A DNA stretch of 64,000 nucleotides from a virus (Duplodnaviria > Heunggongvirae > Uroviricota > Caudoviricetes): IMG/VR virus record IMGVR_UViG_2868597578_000002. One strand, written 5' to 3'. This document shows, one piece after another, positions 24,090 through 34,982 of this stretch. The notes under the pieces were generated by a model. That model worked only from the letters and a program-made list of their open reading frames with translations, was not told where the DNA came from and ran no database searches. The position numbers were made by a program, and so were the translations under genes. Position 1 is the first letter of the stretch; every line of letters starts with the position of its first letter.

Positions 24090-25886
24090 TTAAAGCGTGA
24101 ATTTGGAACTCGGTTTGTCCTGCGTCTGCGTCAGCAAATATGCTACAATTGAGGGCTTATCTGCCTCATTTGCGGCCTGCAAAAGCTGTTTGATTGCTGC
24201 TTTTGACAACAACTTAAAGCCGATAAATTCGGCGAACTCATCATCCTTGTTTTCTTTAATATATCGCAGCGCAATCTGTTTTGCACAGCGTCTTAAGTAC
24301 TTTTCAAGTTTAGCATCTGCTCCCGGACTCTGTTTGTAAATATAATATGCAGTGTCCTGTTTTAATTCGGTGCTTATCGCACCGTAATACAAATCATGCA
24401 AATCGGATTTGCAAAAATAGCCACTACTGCATTGCTGATTTAACCTATACAAAGTCTTGTAACTTAAAGATGCCGGTACAATAAACTCATTATCTCCAAC
24501 AATAAGTTTTTTTACGGGGGATACGCTTATATCCGACAGAAATGCATACGGCAGACCTGAAAAAAGATGAGGAGTACGTAGTTCTTGTACGCAACTAAAA
24601 CTTAATTCTCCGGCGTATTTGATACTTTTTGGAAGAGTTACGCTTTTCAGTTTTTCACACCAGTCAAATGCACGCCGTCCAATGGTTGAAATCCCTTCGT
24701 GCATTGTAACAGATTTAAGGCTACGGCAGTTAAAAAATGCACTATGTCCGATGTCTGTAACCTGAGGAGGAAACTCAACATGAGTTAAATTATGACAATC
24801 GGCAAAAATATTGTTCGCATAACCTCCGATTTTTTTAATTCCGGGCCCGAAATCTATTTTGCGGATTTTAGACTGCCGAAATGCGTCCTTTCTAATAGTT
24901 CTCAATGAAGACGGAAATGTGACTGAATCTATTCTTGTTCCGTAAAATGCAAAATCATTAATACAAGTTACACCTTCAGGAACGATAATATCTCCGGTTT
25001 TCTTGATTGGGCATAGAATCAGGCAACTCATATCTCCGGAGTACAGAATCCCATCTTTTGATGCGAACCCGCTGCTTGGGGATGCTTCAATACATGATAC
25101 ATTTGTTGTGTTAAGATATCTGTATATTCCAAACATATTATTCTTTGAAAATTCAGTGTCTGCAACCACAATTGTTTCTGGCAATTTATTGATTCCATTA
25201 ACATTTTTAATATTCCTGATGACTGCCCGTTTGACATTTTTGTAATCTATATCTGTCGGCAGAACACATTTGGCGTCTTCCGGAAATTCAATTTCTTCAG
25301 CATCATCATCTACGCCAAAGACAATATTTCCGACCCTTTTGAGACCATTTTTTGACGGAATATCAAAAAATGATGAACCATCAAAGGCGTGATGGTTGAT
25401 GGTATGAATAGTATTAAAAGAAGTATCGTTATTGAAGAAGGAGGCTAACTGACATCCTTCAAACGCATAATCATCAATTATATTAATGTCATACAATGGC
25501 TGAATTTGTTCATCCGGCTTAATGCAAAAGACATTCTTCAATATCTTATTCACGACTATCAACCGAACGAGATATTGACAGCTAAGGAAATATGGATTAT
25601 TGGAGTCCACGTTTCTTACATTCGGAAACATGAAGTTGGAAATATCAATATCCATGATATCTTCCTGAACAACCAATTCTTCTACATCAGGAAACTGCTT
25701 AAAGATGTTTCTTAATTTGACATTGCGGCTTAATCTATTTCTATTTGCGTTAGGTCCGGACAAAACGATACTTCGAATTCCAGGCTCAACATCGATATCA
25801 ATAATATCAGTCATCTTACTGTCTGCAAAGTATAAATATACGCCTTTCTCAGGAGAAAACGAAACTAAGTTTTGATTATTTTTCAT
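24090..25886 (-). CDS. BspA-type (LRR_5) leucine-rich repeat protein, no signal peptide
   Basis: SKDGILYSGDM..LILCP..KTGDIIVPEGV..I...AF repeats; shared FPNV N-terminal block and helical C-terminus ending AYLL...FTL. Confidence 0.88.
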   Translation of the reverse strand: MKNNQNLVSFSPEKGVYLYFADSKMTDIIDIDVEPGIRSIVLSGPNANRNRLSRNVKLRNIFKQFPDVEELVVQEDIMDIDISNFMFPNVRNVDSNNPYFLSCQYLVRLIVVNKILKNVFCIKPDEQIQPLYDINIIDDYAFEGCQLASFFNNDTSFNTIHTINHHAFDGSSFFDIPSKNGLKRVGNIVFGVDDDAEEIEFPEDAKCVLPTDIDYKNVKRAVIRNIKNVNGINKLPETIVVADTEFSKNNMFGIYRYLNTTNVSCIEASPSSGFASKDGILYSGDMSCLILCPIKKTGDIIVPEGVTCINDFAFYGTRIDSVTFPSSLRTIRKDAFRQSKIRKIDFGPGIKKIGGYANNIFADCHNLTHVEFPPQVTDIGHSAFFNCRSLKSVTMHEGISTIGRRAFDWCEKLKSVTLPKSIKYAGELSFSCVQELRTPHLFSGLPYAFLSDISVSPVKKLIVGDNEFIVPASLSYKTLYRLNQQCSSGYFCKSDLHDLYYGAISTELKQDTAYYIYKQSPGADAKLEKYLRRCAKQIALRYIKENKDDEFAEFIGFKLLSKAAIKQLLQAANEADKPSIVAYLLTQTQDKPSSKFTL

Positions 25887-26025
25887 TTTTCTTTTTCCTT
25901 TCTTTGTTGCAAAATTTTTTATTTCAAAAATAATATGCAGGAAAGGATGGGGAAGAAAAAAGGCTAAAAATTAACTCGACAACTTAAGCCCTGCAGAATT
26001 TCTGCAGGGCCGGTTTTGCATACGA

Positions 26026-26298
26026 CTATTTGTTTTCTTTGAATTTTTCGATAATCGACATTTCTTCGAATTCCAATGGGTAGATTCCAGCTTCGCATGG
26101 TACGGACAATCCGCGTTCAATACGAATTGGATTTGTTGCATCAGTTCCAAGTTCTCGGTTTTCTGTTCTGTATAGTTTTTTAACATTCCTGCTGCCATCT
26201 AAAATATAGTCGCCTTCAAAAAGTTCTTCTCCATTTTTGTCAAAATATCTGATATTTTTGCCATTTCCATTTCGTAAAATTGTCGCTCTTAATTCCAT
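26026..26298 (-). CDS. Small protein with YopX-like DKNG.E.FEGD motif
   Basis: 90 aa, GGAGG RBS; motif recall only. Confidence 0.55.
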   Translation of the reverse strand: MELRATILRNGNGKNIRYFDKNGEELFEGDYILDGSRNVKKLYRTENRELGTDATNPIRIERGLSVPCEAGIYPLEFEEMSIIEKFKENK

Positions 26299-26546
26299 AT
26301 ATATCCTCCTTAATTTAGTTCTTTTGCCATTTGTTTTTTGTATGTTTGGAGTATATATGATTCAGCATCGAAAGTCAATGTTCTTACAAAAGTTGTAAGA
26401 TTCGGCGAATTATACAAAAATAGCAGTGAAAAATCATTCAATATTACCACTTGTACATATAATCTTATTTTTTTACTTTTCAATCATATTAAAAATGAAT
26501 CTTAAAAGTATATAAAATATATAAAAAAAGAAAGGAATCTATACAT

Positions 26547-27215
26547 ATGAACACAACAGAAAAAACAATCCAAGACCTTATCGTAACCCGCAATGCCTGC
26601 GGCAGCAGGGTTGTATTGGACGGAAAATCATGTATCGCTCCGATAGACGATAAAGCATTTTTCGATAAATGCCTGATGTACAGCGATAGCAAGAATCTGC
26701 ATGCAAAAAATACTGTTGCCTGGCGGCCGATGTCTGACGATTGGAAAGAACAATGCCGAAGCAATTCGTTCTGGTTTCAGGATACTGTCGCTGAGGCGAA
26801 AAAAATGTTCCCAGGAATGGATGAACGTCTGTTTGAGTTAAAAGCTCGACTTCTTGATTTTGCCGGTGAGGCAGTCTGCCTGCCTCCGTATGAAGAAGAC
26901 CTGGAAAATATTTTAGAATATGGCCAGTTCTGGCTTGGATATAATGCTGAGATGGTGAAAGGTGAGGCATGCCAATGCCACAAAAATTCGGCAAGAGTAT
27001 GGCAGAAGAATAAGGATAAAACAGTAATCTGCACCGGATATGCATTATCTGCTGATGGCATGTGGAGACAGCATAGCTGGTTGATACACCGCAAGCCAAG
27101 GTCAAATAGAATCGTAGAGACGACAAGACCGAGGGTTTTGTATTACGGCTTTGCGATGCCGCCGGAGTTGTCAGAAAGATTTGCTGACGAAGTTTTGGAT
27201 AGTATTATGTTCTAG
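26547..27215 (+). CDS. Hypothetical protein
   Basis: 222 aa, GAAAGGA RBS, terminator AAGACCTGCGAA/TTCGCAGGTCTT after. Confidence 0.8.
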   Translation: MNTTEKTIQDLIVTRNACGSRVVLDGKSCIAPIDDKAFFDKCLMYSDSKNLHAKNTVAWRPMSDDWKEQCRSNSFWFQDTVAEAKKMFPGMDERLFELKARLLDFAGEAVCLPPYEEDLENILEYGQFWLGYNAEMVKGEACQCHKNSARVWQKNKDKTVICTGYALSADGMWRQHSWLIHRKPRSNRIVETTRPRVLYYGFAMPPELSERFADEVLDSIMF

Positions 27216-27445
27216 AATACACAAAGACCTGCGAACTTTTCGCAGGTCTTGTTTTTTTGGTGCTATATTCTTTTTTAGCCCGGAAGTTCTTCTTTAATTT
27301 GGTCAAGATAAGCGCTCATTATCGGAGCCACCTGTTTAAAAGATATACGATACAGACGCCAAGAAAAACTTTTTCAGCATATTAAATCAGAGCAGAAAAA
27401 ATACTCTGAGCTAATAAGAACATAGAAAAAAGGAGAGATTATTTA

Positions 27446-28636
27446 ATGCTAAAAGAAAAGAAAAAAAATAAGGTTAAATCAGTTTGGAAGAATGGCGAGT
27501 TGAAAATTGTATTCGCAGAGCCGTCTATACAGGCACACGGAGGCGTTGTTTTTGCTGAAAGTGCAAGAGATATTTTATATTATTATTATACTGTTGAGGT
27601 ATTCAAAAAGGTGAAAAGTAACTGGAAAAAGGAGTTTGATGTAAGCACATATGACTTTCCGGCACTTCTGGCAGCAGTAAAGATTATTGAATGCATTTTG
27701 GAGGATGATTTTACTGACGAGAGCTGGCAGGTCGATATGCGGGAAGGCGTGAATGGAAATATGAATATCACCTGGTATACAAAGACTTACGATACGTCGA
27801 GTTTTGCTAACGAGGATTATTATAAATTTGAACGTGTCGTACGGGTAATTGAAGGCGAGGATACGTCAGAACATTTCGTTTTCTCAGTCGGAAGTGGCCT
27901 TGATAATTGCAATTTTACGAAAGTACTGAAGTGTATAACTGCTACATATCTTAACCGTGCTGAGATTGAAGCTCTGCGTGATGTGATGAATGATTTTATT
28001 CAGAAAACGATTGATGACTTTAACAAAAAAGAGCGTAAAAGAATTGAATTGGAAAGAAAATCCTTAAAGATTGAAAACGGCAAGGTGTATGAATACAGAA
28101 CCGTATATTTCGATGACCCTGACAATCTTGATTCAGTATATATCCCCGGGGATGTCATTGACTTCACAACGATTGAAAAGTACGACGATAAAGATATTTA
28201 CATTGATTATCATAACTGTATCATCAAGTCAGTTGAAAAGAGTAACGCCGGTTCGGCGGGATATATTACAGTGACAGGAGGTTACAAAAATGGAGAGAAT
28301 GGATTAAAAATCCGGCATCTTGAAGATAAGTCAATCAAAATTCCGCTTGAAATCATCACTCATGTTTTTAACGACATGTGTGATTCAGAAAAATTAAAAT
28401 ATACAAAAGAGCAGTGCCTTGAAGACTTCTGGCAGCTATTAACACCAGAAGAGAAAAAAGAATTTGTAAAAACACCTTTAAAAAAATTGGTCAAGAAGTG
28501 GAAGTATCCGGTCATTGATAGAACCTGGATGTGCAGAGATGAGCATGGGTTTGATGAGCCAGAGAAAGTTGCGAAATGGGTGGTAAAAAAGATGAAGAAG
28601 AGGTCTGAACGGGAAAAAGAAGAAAAGTTGGGTTAA
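27446..28636 (+). CDS. Hypothetical protein
   Basis: 396 aa, AAGGAG RBS, GCATATTA at 27377. Confidence 0.8.
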   Translation: MLKEKKKNKVKSVWKNGELKIVFAEPSIQAHGGVVFAESARDILYYYYTVEVFKKVKSNWKKEFDVSTYDFPALLAAVKIIECILEDDFTDESWQVDMREGVNGNMNITWYTKTYDTSSFANEDYYKFERVVRVIEGEDTSEHFVFSVGSGLDNCNFTKVLKCITATYLNRAEIEALRDVMNDFIQKTIDDFNKKERKRIELERKSLKIENGKVYEYRTVYFDDPDNLDSVYIPGDVIDFTTIEKYDDKDIYIDYHNCIIKSVEKSNAGSAGYITVTGGYKNGENGLKIRHLEDKSIKIPLEIITHVFNDMCDSEKLKYTKEQCLEDFWQLLTPEEKKEFVKTPLKKLVKKWKYPVIDRTWMCRDEHGFDEPEKVAKWVVKKMKKRSEREKEEKLG

Positions 28637-28667
28637 CGAAGGGCAGAAATTTCCGCCAGAAACACGC

Positions 28668-28740
28668 TTAGCTCAGACTAACGACTTCACTTATCAGCCT
28701 CTACGAGGCTTGGGTACACGCGAGCGCAGCTCGCGGTATC
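28668..28740 (+). repeat. Hairpin micro-element cluster A
   Basis: Variants of the CTCAGCCTT and CGGCTTCGCTTGTCAGCCTCTGCGAGGCTT modules followed by GGTACACGCGAGC-GCA-GCTCGCGGTATC|A. Confidence 0.75.
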
Positions 28741-28807
28741 ATATTCTGTACTTTAGCATATTCAGCATATTAAATGTGAAAAATAAAAATTTCACTTAAA
28801 GAAAGGA

Positions 28808-29749
28808 ATGAAAGATATGACTAATATGAAGATGATGAGCAAAGAGGATTTTCTGAAAGTGCTGATGGGTTTGTTGGAAAATCAGGGGATTAAGACAAGC
28901 GTATTCATAATGAAGAAAGAGCATGGAAGTTATACCGGTATCCATAGGGTCTCCGATAATGATGGCGAAACTATCGCAGCAATTGTAAATGTCGATGATT
29001 TATATGATAAATTCATTCATGGAAAAGCAGGTGTGCCAGAAATGGTGGATATCGCAATGGAAGCTATGGATATATTGTCTATGTATCCATCTCAGTCGTC
29101 GCCTGATTCTTTAAAATGGTTATCGGATTGGAGTGTTGTTAAAAACCGGCTGTTTTTATCATTGTGCAATAAAAATGCAGTAGAATACCTAAACTCTGTA
29201 ATTCACAAAGATATTCCCGGAACAGACCTCGCGTTAGTACCGAGGATATTTGCTTTTAATGATGGAGAATCATTTGCAACGTTACCATTAAGTCACAAGA
29301 ACCTGAAATCTTATGGAGTTTCTGAAGAGGAACTGTGGAAGCATGTTGCAGCATCAACGGTAAAACTTCAGCCTGCAAAAATCGATATCGCAGCAGCAAG
29401 ACATGAACAGACAAACGAAATAGACGTAACTAATTCAATTATCAGTATTTCTTCTGGTTTTGGTTCATTTGGTGCAGCTGCTTGTTTCTATGATGGAGTG
29501 TTGGCGGGCATAGAAAATGTAATAAGAGAGAAGTTTTATATATTACCAATGTCATCACGAGGAGTATTAATCCTTCCAGAAAAACTTGTCAATGATGCAG
29601 GATATCTTAGTTTTGATGGCTGCTTAGACATTACAAGTTTTTGCCAGGATACAGCAGTGTATCGTATGCCAAAGTCGCACGAAGATTACCTGACAGATTC
29701 AGCATATTTGTATGATTCTGGCAAGCTTTCAGTCGTTAACACAAAATGA
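28808..29749 (+). CDS. DUF5688-like protein
   Basis: V.VDDLYDKF..., VKNRLFLSLCN....YL..V.HK....DLALV, LKSYGVSEEELW; family recalled from Lachnospiraceae mobile elements. Confidence 0.65.
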   Translation: MKDMTNMKMMSKEDFLKVLMGLLENQGIKTSVFIMKKEHGSYTGIHRVSDNDGETIAAIVNVDDLYDKFIHGKAGVPEMVDIAMEAMDILSMYPSQSSPDSLKWLSDWSVVKNRLFLSLCNKNAVEYLNSVIHKDIPGTDLALVPRIFAFNDGESFATLPLSHKNLKSYGVSEEELWKHVAASTVKLQPAKIDIAAARHEQTNEIDVTNSIISISSGFGSFGAAACFYDGVLAGIENVIREKFYILPMSSRGVLILPEKLVNDAGYLSFDGCLDITSFCQDTAVYRMPKSHEDYLTDSAYLYDSGKLSVVNTK

Positions 29750-29811
29750 TATACATATTAAAAGGACAGTAGCTATTACTGTCCTTTTTTGGTAAGATAA
29801 CTTTATTTTTT

Positions 29812-29968
29812 AACTTCGTGCGAGGGTTCGAATCCCCACACGAAGCACTGCACTCAGCCTTATCGACGGGCGGGAAACCCGCCCTCGTCTGGTACACGCG
29901 AGCATAGCTCGCGGTATCACGGCTTCGCTTGTCAGCCTCTGTGAGGCTTTGTAACAAAGGTGTAAGCC
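29812..29968 (+). repeat. Hairpin micro-element cluster B, with a nested 57-bp unit at 29862-29918
   Basis: CAGCCTT|ATCGAC...GGTATC|ACGGCTT; the empty junction CAGCCTTACGGCTT is present (reverse strand) in cluster D. Confidence 0.8.
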
Positions 29969-30109
29969 TGAGTTATCAAAAAAACACAAAATTTCCATAA
30001 AAAAATCCTCAAAATTTTTCCACTCATTATTTTTTTAAGCATATTAAATTTGTAAGTGAAGAGACGAAAACACTACAAAAAGTTAAATTAAAACCTAAGG
30101 AGAAAAAAG

Positions 30110-30952
30110 ATGAGTGTTTATTTCAATAAAAAAGATGAGTTAAAAGAAAAGGCTGTAAGTCATTATAAAATGATGGAGGCAAGTATGGGTGAAGAGATTG
30201 CCAAGTGTGTAAAAAACACAAGGGTTTATGGCGGTGATGGGATTGCGGTAACGTCTACTGCAAAAAAAGAGACAGATGACGTTGTTGCATTTGACAAGTA
30301 TGATATGCAAATGAACGTTGTCGTGGACAACCTTGATACTGTCAGGTCTATGCTTGCTCATCGAGATGGAAAGACTGCTGTTCTTAACTTTGCAAGTTAT
30401 AAAAACCCAGGCGGTAAGTTTATGGAAGGTTCCTCCGCACAGGAAGAATGTTTATGTCATACCTCTAACCTGTATAACGTTTTAAAAAGATTCCCAAAAT
30501 ACTACGAGTGGAATAAAAAACATAATAATAAGGCTTTGTATGCAAACCGCGCCATGTATTCTGAAGACGTAACCTTCCTGGATGAAAGCGTCTGTGTTTA
30601 TGGAGCGGACCCAATCCATGTGAAGGCTGATGTCATTACGTGTGCTGCCCCGAATTATTCTGCCGCAGGAAGATACGCAGGAGTTGAACTGGACAAAAAC
30701 AATGCGGAGTTATACCGGAGAATCAAGTTTGTACTTGACATCGCGGAAGAGAACCATGTAGATACGTTGATTCTCGGAGCCTTTGGCTGTGGAGTTTTTG
30801 GTCAGGATGCAGCAGTGGTCGCAAAATATTTCAAAAAATGTCTTAGTACATATGATTATCATTTTAAAAATGTATACTTCTCCGTATTGAACAGAGGAAA
30901 AAGTGAAAACTATGAAAAATTTAAGTTGATTTTTGGAGTAGCCAAAAAATAA
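30110..30952 (+). CDS. TIGR02452/DUF2263 family bacterial poly(ADP-ribose) glycohydrolase-like protein
   Basis: LNFASYKNPGGKFMEGSSAQEECLC...S.LY; ITCAAPN; LILGAFGCGVFG. Confidence 0.9.
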   Translation: MSVYFNKKDELKEKAVSHYKMMEASMGEEIAKCVKNTRVYGGDGIAVTSTAKKETDDVVAFDKYDMQMNVVVDNLDTVRSMLAHRDGKTAVLNFASYKNPGGKFMEGSSAQEECLCHTSNLYNVLKRFPKYYEWNKKHNNKALYANRAMYSEDVTFLDESVCVYGADPIHVKADVITCAAPNYSAAGRYAGVELDKNNAELYRRIKFVLDIAEENHVDTLILGAFGCGVFGQDAAVVAKYFKKCLSTYDYHFKNVYFSVLNRGKSENYEKFKLIFGVAKK

Positions 30953-31052
30953 CACTTCGGTTGAGGTCGCACAGTGCGGCCTCGTTTTTTTTGCGCAAAA
31001 AATTGGAGACGGGTTAAAAATGTGATAAAATATAGCCAAAGGAGGTATAGGT

Positions 31053-31436
31053 ATGCGATATTACAGTACACAAAGGCCACTAGTTCCTGGTGGCTGCCCT
31101 AGAGCGGGAGTCCAAAAGGTCCACAACTATGACGAGAAAGAGTTTTGCGAGGAAATCGGCCGTGAGGCTTGGGGATATGTCGATTATGACAGAGAACTGA
31201 CAAATGAGGAAGTGGAAGATTATGAACTTCTTCCGGCAGGAATTAAGAAATTCTGGGCCGTAACGACGACGTTTTGTGATGACAGTCATGTAGTTTCAGA
31301 TATTACAGATGTTGTAGAAACGGTCAGAAAGCCAGAAGATAGTTTCCTAGAGACAAAAACGAAGGATATATATGTCGATTGGTTTGAAAATGAAGAAGAA
31401 GCAAAAGGGAAGATAAAAGAAGCGTTGAATGCGTAA
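31053..31436 (+). CDS. DarA C-terminal-like (large polyvalent protein-associated) domain protein
   Basis: YYSTQRP..PG..P...NYDE.E..EEIGREAWGYVDYDRELT.EEVEDYEL; motif recall. Confidence 0.65.
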   Translation: MRYYSTQRPLVPGGCPRAGVQKVHNYDEKEFCEEIGREAWGYVDYDRELTNEEVEDYELLPAGIKKFWAVTTTFCDDSHVVSDITDVVETVRKPEDSFLETKTKDIYVDWFENEEEAKGKIKEALNA

Positions 31437-31441
31437 AACGG

Positions 31442-31471
31442 AAAAAGCCGCTGAGAAATCAGCGGCTTTTT
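31442..31471. terminator. Bidirectional terminator
   Basis: AAAAAGCCGCTGA-gaaa-TCAGCGGCTTTTT between convergent genes. Confidence 0.85.
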
Positions 31472-31473
31472 TG

Positions 31474-32622
31474 TCATAGGTCAAAAGTATCATCGATTGC
31501 TTTGTCAAATACTTCCTGCGTATTATTGGATTTGCCAAGACGTTCCATAAGGTATGCTACAACAATAGTCTTTTCTTTTTTGCTGGCGATGGAAAGCAGT
31601 TCAGGAATGATTTTGTTTGATACTGTTCCAAGTTTAAAGAATTCTACGAATTCCTCCTGCGTTTTTTCTTCGATATATCGAATTGCCATATCCCTGCATT
31701 TCTTTTTCATGTAAGAAAAAGCATCAGGGTTTCTGGAAAGTCGATATTCCGCAAGTGCAGCAGCCTGTTTCTCGCAGGCATGTGCAGCTTTTAAGAATAG
31801 TCTTTTGCGATTGGGACCCATAATTATGCTTTCAAAATCACGATTTAATTTTTTTAATTCTCCCCGTTTTATCACACGTGGAAGCACCGCTGTGTTCCCT
31901 TTATATGTAACTTTTACATAGTCATCAGAAAGCACACGTTCTTCATTGTAATACCCATCATCTTCCAAAACAATTGAAAAAATGAAGTTCTTTGGGATGC
32001 TATCGCTGATAATAACATGTTCAGCAGAGCAAAAAGCCTGATTCCCTATAGAAATTGAACCAGATGGAATTGTAACTTCTTTCAGTGAAGTGCTACCGAA
32101 CGCTCCTCTACCGATGACTTTTAAGTTTTTAGAGAACGTAATATTGCGGAGATTTATGCATGGTGAAAATGCAAGCTCTCCAATCTCTTCCAGGGAATCC
32201 GGAAAAGTGATTTCGGAAATATTACTACACGAACTAAAACATTCATCTCCGATTTTTCGTATATTTTTTCCGAATTTAACATCGTGAACATCACTACACA
32301 TAAATGCGCCATATTCAAGCTCAATTATACTATCAGGCATTATAATGGCACTTAATCTTCCGTTTCGGAAAGCATTGACACCAATGCGCTCAACGCCCTC
32401 ATGAATCCGAATACGCCCGGGCCTGATAGCTGGACATTCCTCAAGAGTCTTTCCATCCTCGGAATAAGCAACACCGGTGTCTCCATATTTCCTATTTTTA
32501 CGAATTTTATGTTTTGGTGAAAAAAGATTGAATTCGCCTGTTCTTGAAATAAATACAGGGTTGTCTTCTTCCTGGACAGCTGACATGTCCATAAGTTCTT
32601 TTAAGTTATCCATAATACTCAT
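31474..32622 (-). CDS. BspA-type LRR protein, short paralog
   Basis: YSEDGKTLEECP...IHEGVERIG..AF repeats; same C-terminal helical domain (AYLMERL). Confidence 0.85.
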   Translation of the reverse strand: MSIMDNLKELMDMSAVQEEDNPVFISRTGEFNLFSPKHKIRKNRKYGDTGVAYSEDGKTLEECPAIRPGRIRIHEGVERIGVNAFRNGRLSAIIMPDSIIELEYGAFMCSDVHDVKFGKNIRKIGDECFSSCSNISEITFPDSLEEIGELAFSPCINLRNITFSKNLKVIGRGAFGSTSLKEVTIPSGSISIGNQAFCSAEHVIISDSIPKNFIFSIVLEDDGYYNEERVLSDDYVKVTYKGNTAVLPRVIKRGELKKLNRDFESIIMGPNRKRLFLKAAHACEKQAAALAEYRLSRNPDAFSYMKKKCRDMAIRYIEEKTQEEFVEFFKLGTVSNKIIPELLSIASKKEKTIVVAYLMERLGKSNNTQEVFDKAIDDTFDL

Positions 32623-32790
32623 AATATCTCTTCCTTTCTTTGTCTATTATGTCGTTTCAGATTAAATATGCAGGATTAAGAAAAAAAAGAAAAAACACAA
32701 AAAGAAATAAAAATTCAGCATACTGTACATGAAGTAAGAAGTAAAAAGAACGGCTGAGTTTTGTCAGCTTAAAAAAATGGAGGAAAAAAT

Positions 32791-33360
32791 ATGAGTAAAT
32801 TAACATTAAGACAGTTTACAGATGTTGTTAAAGCCCTGATGGAGGCGAGTTTAACGAAAGAGTATGGAATCAGGCTGGAAATCATAGAAGAGCCTGACGA
32901 AATATCTGATGATGGAGTCAAGGTGACTCTCAAGGTAGAAAAAGAAAGCATAAAAGAATGTACAAAGAGCGGGAAAATGTGTGAAACGTATTCTTGTGAC
33001 TGTAACAGTAATGCGTATTTTTTCGATATGGATGAGAGCTATCACGATTACGAAGAGCGCATGGACAAAGGGGAAGAACCTGAATCTGATATCCTAAGAG
33101 ATATTACGGATAAAATGCTAAAAAGTATTACAAAAGAGATGGAGGAAAATCCAGAACCAGCTAAAGAGAAGAATAACGTGCGAGAGGAAAGCATCTGTTC
33201 GGACGATATGGATTCAGGTTCCTGCTCTGAAGATGATGCTGAGGCTGACGCCGAAGAAACAGCGTTTGTGTGCAAATGCATTATGAAAGCGGCCCTGGTA
33301 TGCGCAGCTATTCCAATTGGAATCTTCGTTGCAAAACGTTATTTCTCTGACAAAAAGTAA
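32791..33360 (+). CDS. Acidic hypothetical protein with C-terminal hydrophobic tail
   Basis: 189 aa, GGAGG RBS. Confidence 0.75.
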   Translation: MSKLTLRQFTDVVKALMEASLTKEYGIRLEIIEEPDEISDDGVKVTLKVEKESIKECTKSGKMCETYSCDCNSNAYFFDMDESYHDYEERMDKGEEPESDILRDITDKMLKSITKEMEENPEPAKEKNNVREESICSDDMDSGSCSEDDAEADAEETAFVCKCIMKAALVCAAIPIGIFVAKRYFSDKK

Positions 33361-33500
33361 GGAAGAAAAGACTAAAAAAAAACAGCTGAATTTTTTTCGG
33401 CTGTTTTTTTTGTTCATGCAAAAATTCTGCATATTAATTTTGTATCAAAAAATAAGGCAGGAGGCAAATACTCCTGACCAACAAAGAAAAGGAGAAAAAC

Positions 33501-34823
33501 ATGAATAAAATGAATTTAAGAGAATTTGCAGAGGTACTGGTGGCAATGATGAATCAGCAGGGCACAGTGTGCTTTCTGAATAACGACAATCCGGCAAAGC
33601 AGCTGGCTGTTGCAATGTCAAAAGGTGACGCATGTGCTTACGCTCCGGTTGCTCCTCTTTGGGACTCTTACGAAAAGGGGGCTGACCTTAATCAGATGGC
33701 AGCAGCAGTATCTATGGCTATGAAAGAGGGCTTGGATAAAGGCTCTGAAATGGTTAAGATGAACGCGGACAGATGTGCACAGCAGCCAGCCCCATCATTT
33801 AAGAAGCATGAGGCAAAAGAGACTTCTGACCGTTTTGCAAATATGGGTAAAAACCATACGGCATATTCAGCAGAACAAAACCAGGGACAGTCAAAGGCAG
33901 CAAGGAAAGAATTCTTCCCGAATACTGAAGAAGGAAGACAGAAGGCAATGAAAATGCTGCAGGATATTATGGGGACTTTGCCAGACACTATGGCTGCACC
34001 AAGTGGATGTTCAGACAACAGATTTGTCTCCGACAGTAATAGCCCATGCAGTAGTGATTGCTCTTGCGGAAACGGATGTAAACCAAATCGGACATATCGC
34101 CCAGAGCCTGCAAAACAGGGCAATGATGACTATGACCCGACAGATGACCTTCCGGAAAACCTGCGCTCACAGCTTGGAGAGATTCTGAAGAGAATCGGTC
34201 TGCAGCCGCAGAACACGCAGAGCAAGCGTTTTGATTCGACCGATAGAGACTTTGTGTTGCAGACAGCATACCCAATGCTGGCGGATGATGAAACCATTGC
34301 AGCACACCCGGAGGCTTTATCTAGAAAAGTTCTGGATATGAATATCGTGTATTGTTTTTATGATAACAATAATAGCGTTATGAATGATGGTACCCGTGTG
34401 TTAGGGAAAAATTGCCTTGAGAGATTCGACCTTAAGGAAGAAGACGTCTATAATGCCGCAATCAATAACATTGTTGACAGCATTGTTGTTGGGGAGGCAA
34501 AAGATATTATCCCAAATACATTTGTAAATTTTGTGATTTTATCAACAGAAAAGTACAAATATGGTGCTGCGGCTTTTCTTGGCGCTGACGTGCTCAAGAA
34601 TGTAGCAGATAAAATGGGTGAGTCTGCTCTTATGGTAATGCCAGTTTCCGCGGAATTTGTAGCTGTTTTCCCGGCATCAGATACAACGTCAATTAACGGG
34701 ACAGTTTTAAAAAATGTCATTAAAGCATTAAAGAATCTGGCTCCTGATGAGGTATTATCTAACAATGTATATCTCTATGATAGGGAGCATAACCTGTTGG
34801 CAATGGAATCATACCAGCTCTAA
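33501..34823 (+). CDS. DUF5688-like protein with central low-complexity insert
   Basis: N-terminal AP..PLW..YEKG, C-terminal LERFDLKEEDVYNAAI.N, LS...Y.YGAAAFL, V.PVS, LSNNVYLYDRE. Confidence 0.65.
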   Translation: MNKMNLREFAEVLVAMMNQQGTVCFLNNDNPAKQLAVAMSKGDACAYAPVAPLWDSYEKGADLNQMAAAVSMAMKEGLDKGSEMVKMNADRCAQQPAPSFKKHEAKETSDRFANMGKNHTAYSAEQNQGQSKAARKEFFPNTEEGRQKAMKMLQDIMGTLPDTMAAPSGCSDNRFVSDSNSPCSSDCSCGNGCKPNRTYRPEPAKQGNDDYDPTDDLPENLRSQLGEILKRIGLQPQNTQSKRFDSTDRDFVLQTAYPMLADDETIAAHPEALSRKVLDMNIVYCFYDNNNSVMNDGTRVLGKNCLERFDLKEEDVYNAAINNIVDSIVVGEAKDIIPNTFVNFVILSTEKYKYGAAAFLGADVLKNVADKMGESALMVMPVSAEFVAVFPASDTTSINGTVLKNVIKALKNLAPDEVLSNNVYLYDREHNLLAMESYQL

Positions 34824-34982
34824 ATTCAAATAATTCAAATAAGCATCAGCAGAGTAATCTGCTGGTGTTTTTTTTGGTAAAAAAATACGCTAAAAATGTT
34901 AAAAAAAATGTTTTTTCATCATATTAAATATAGAAAAACAGGAGGTAATCACTGGCAAAGGGCCAGTTGCATATAGAAGACA

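Noticed and set aside
29821-29840. tRNA fragment (GAGGGTTCGAATCCCC)
   Set aside because: T-arm-like only; lies in a repeat-module hairpin and the equivalent loop in cluster F differs.
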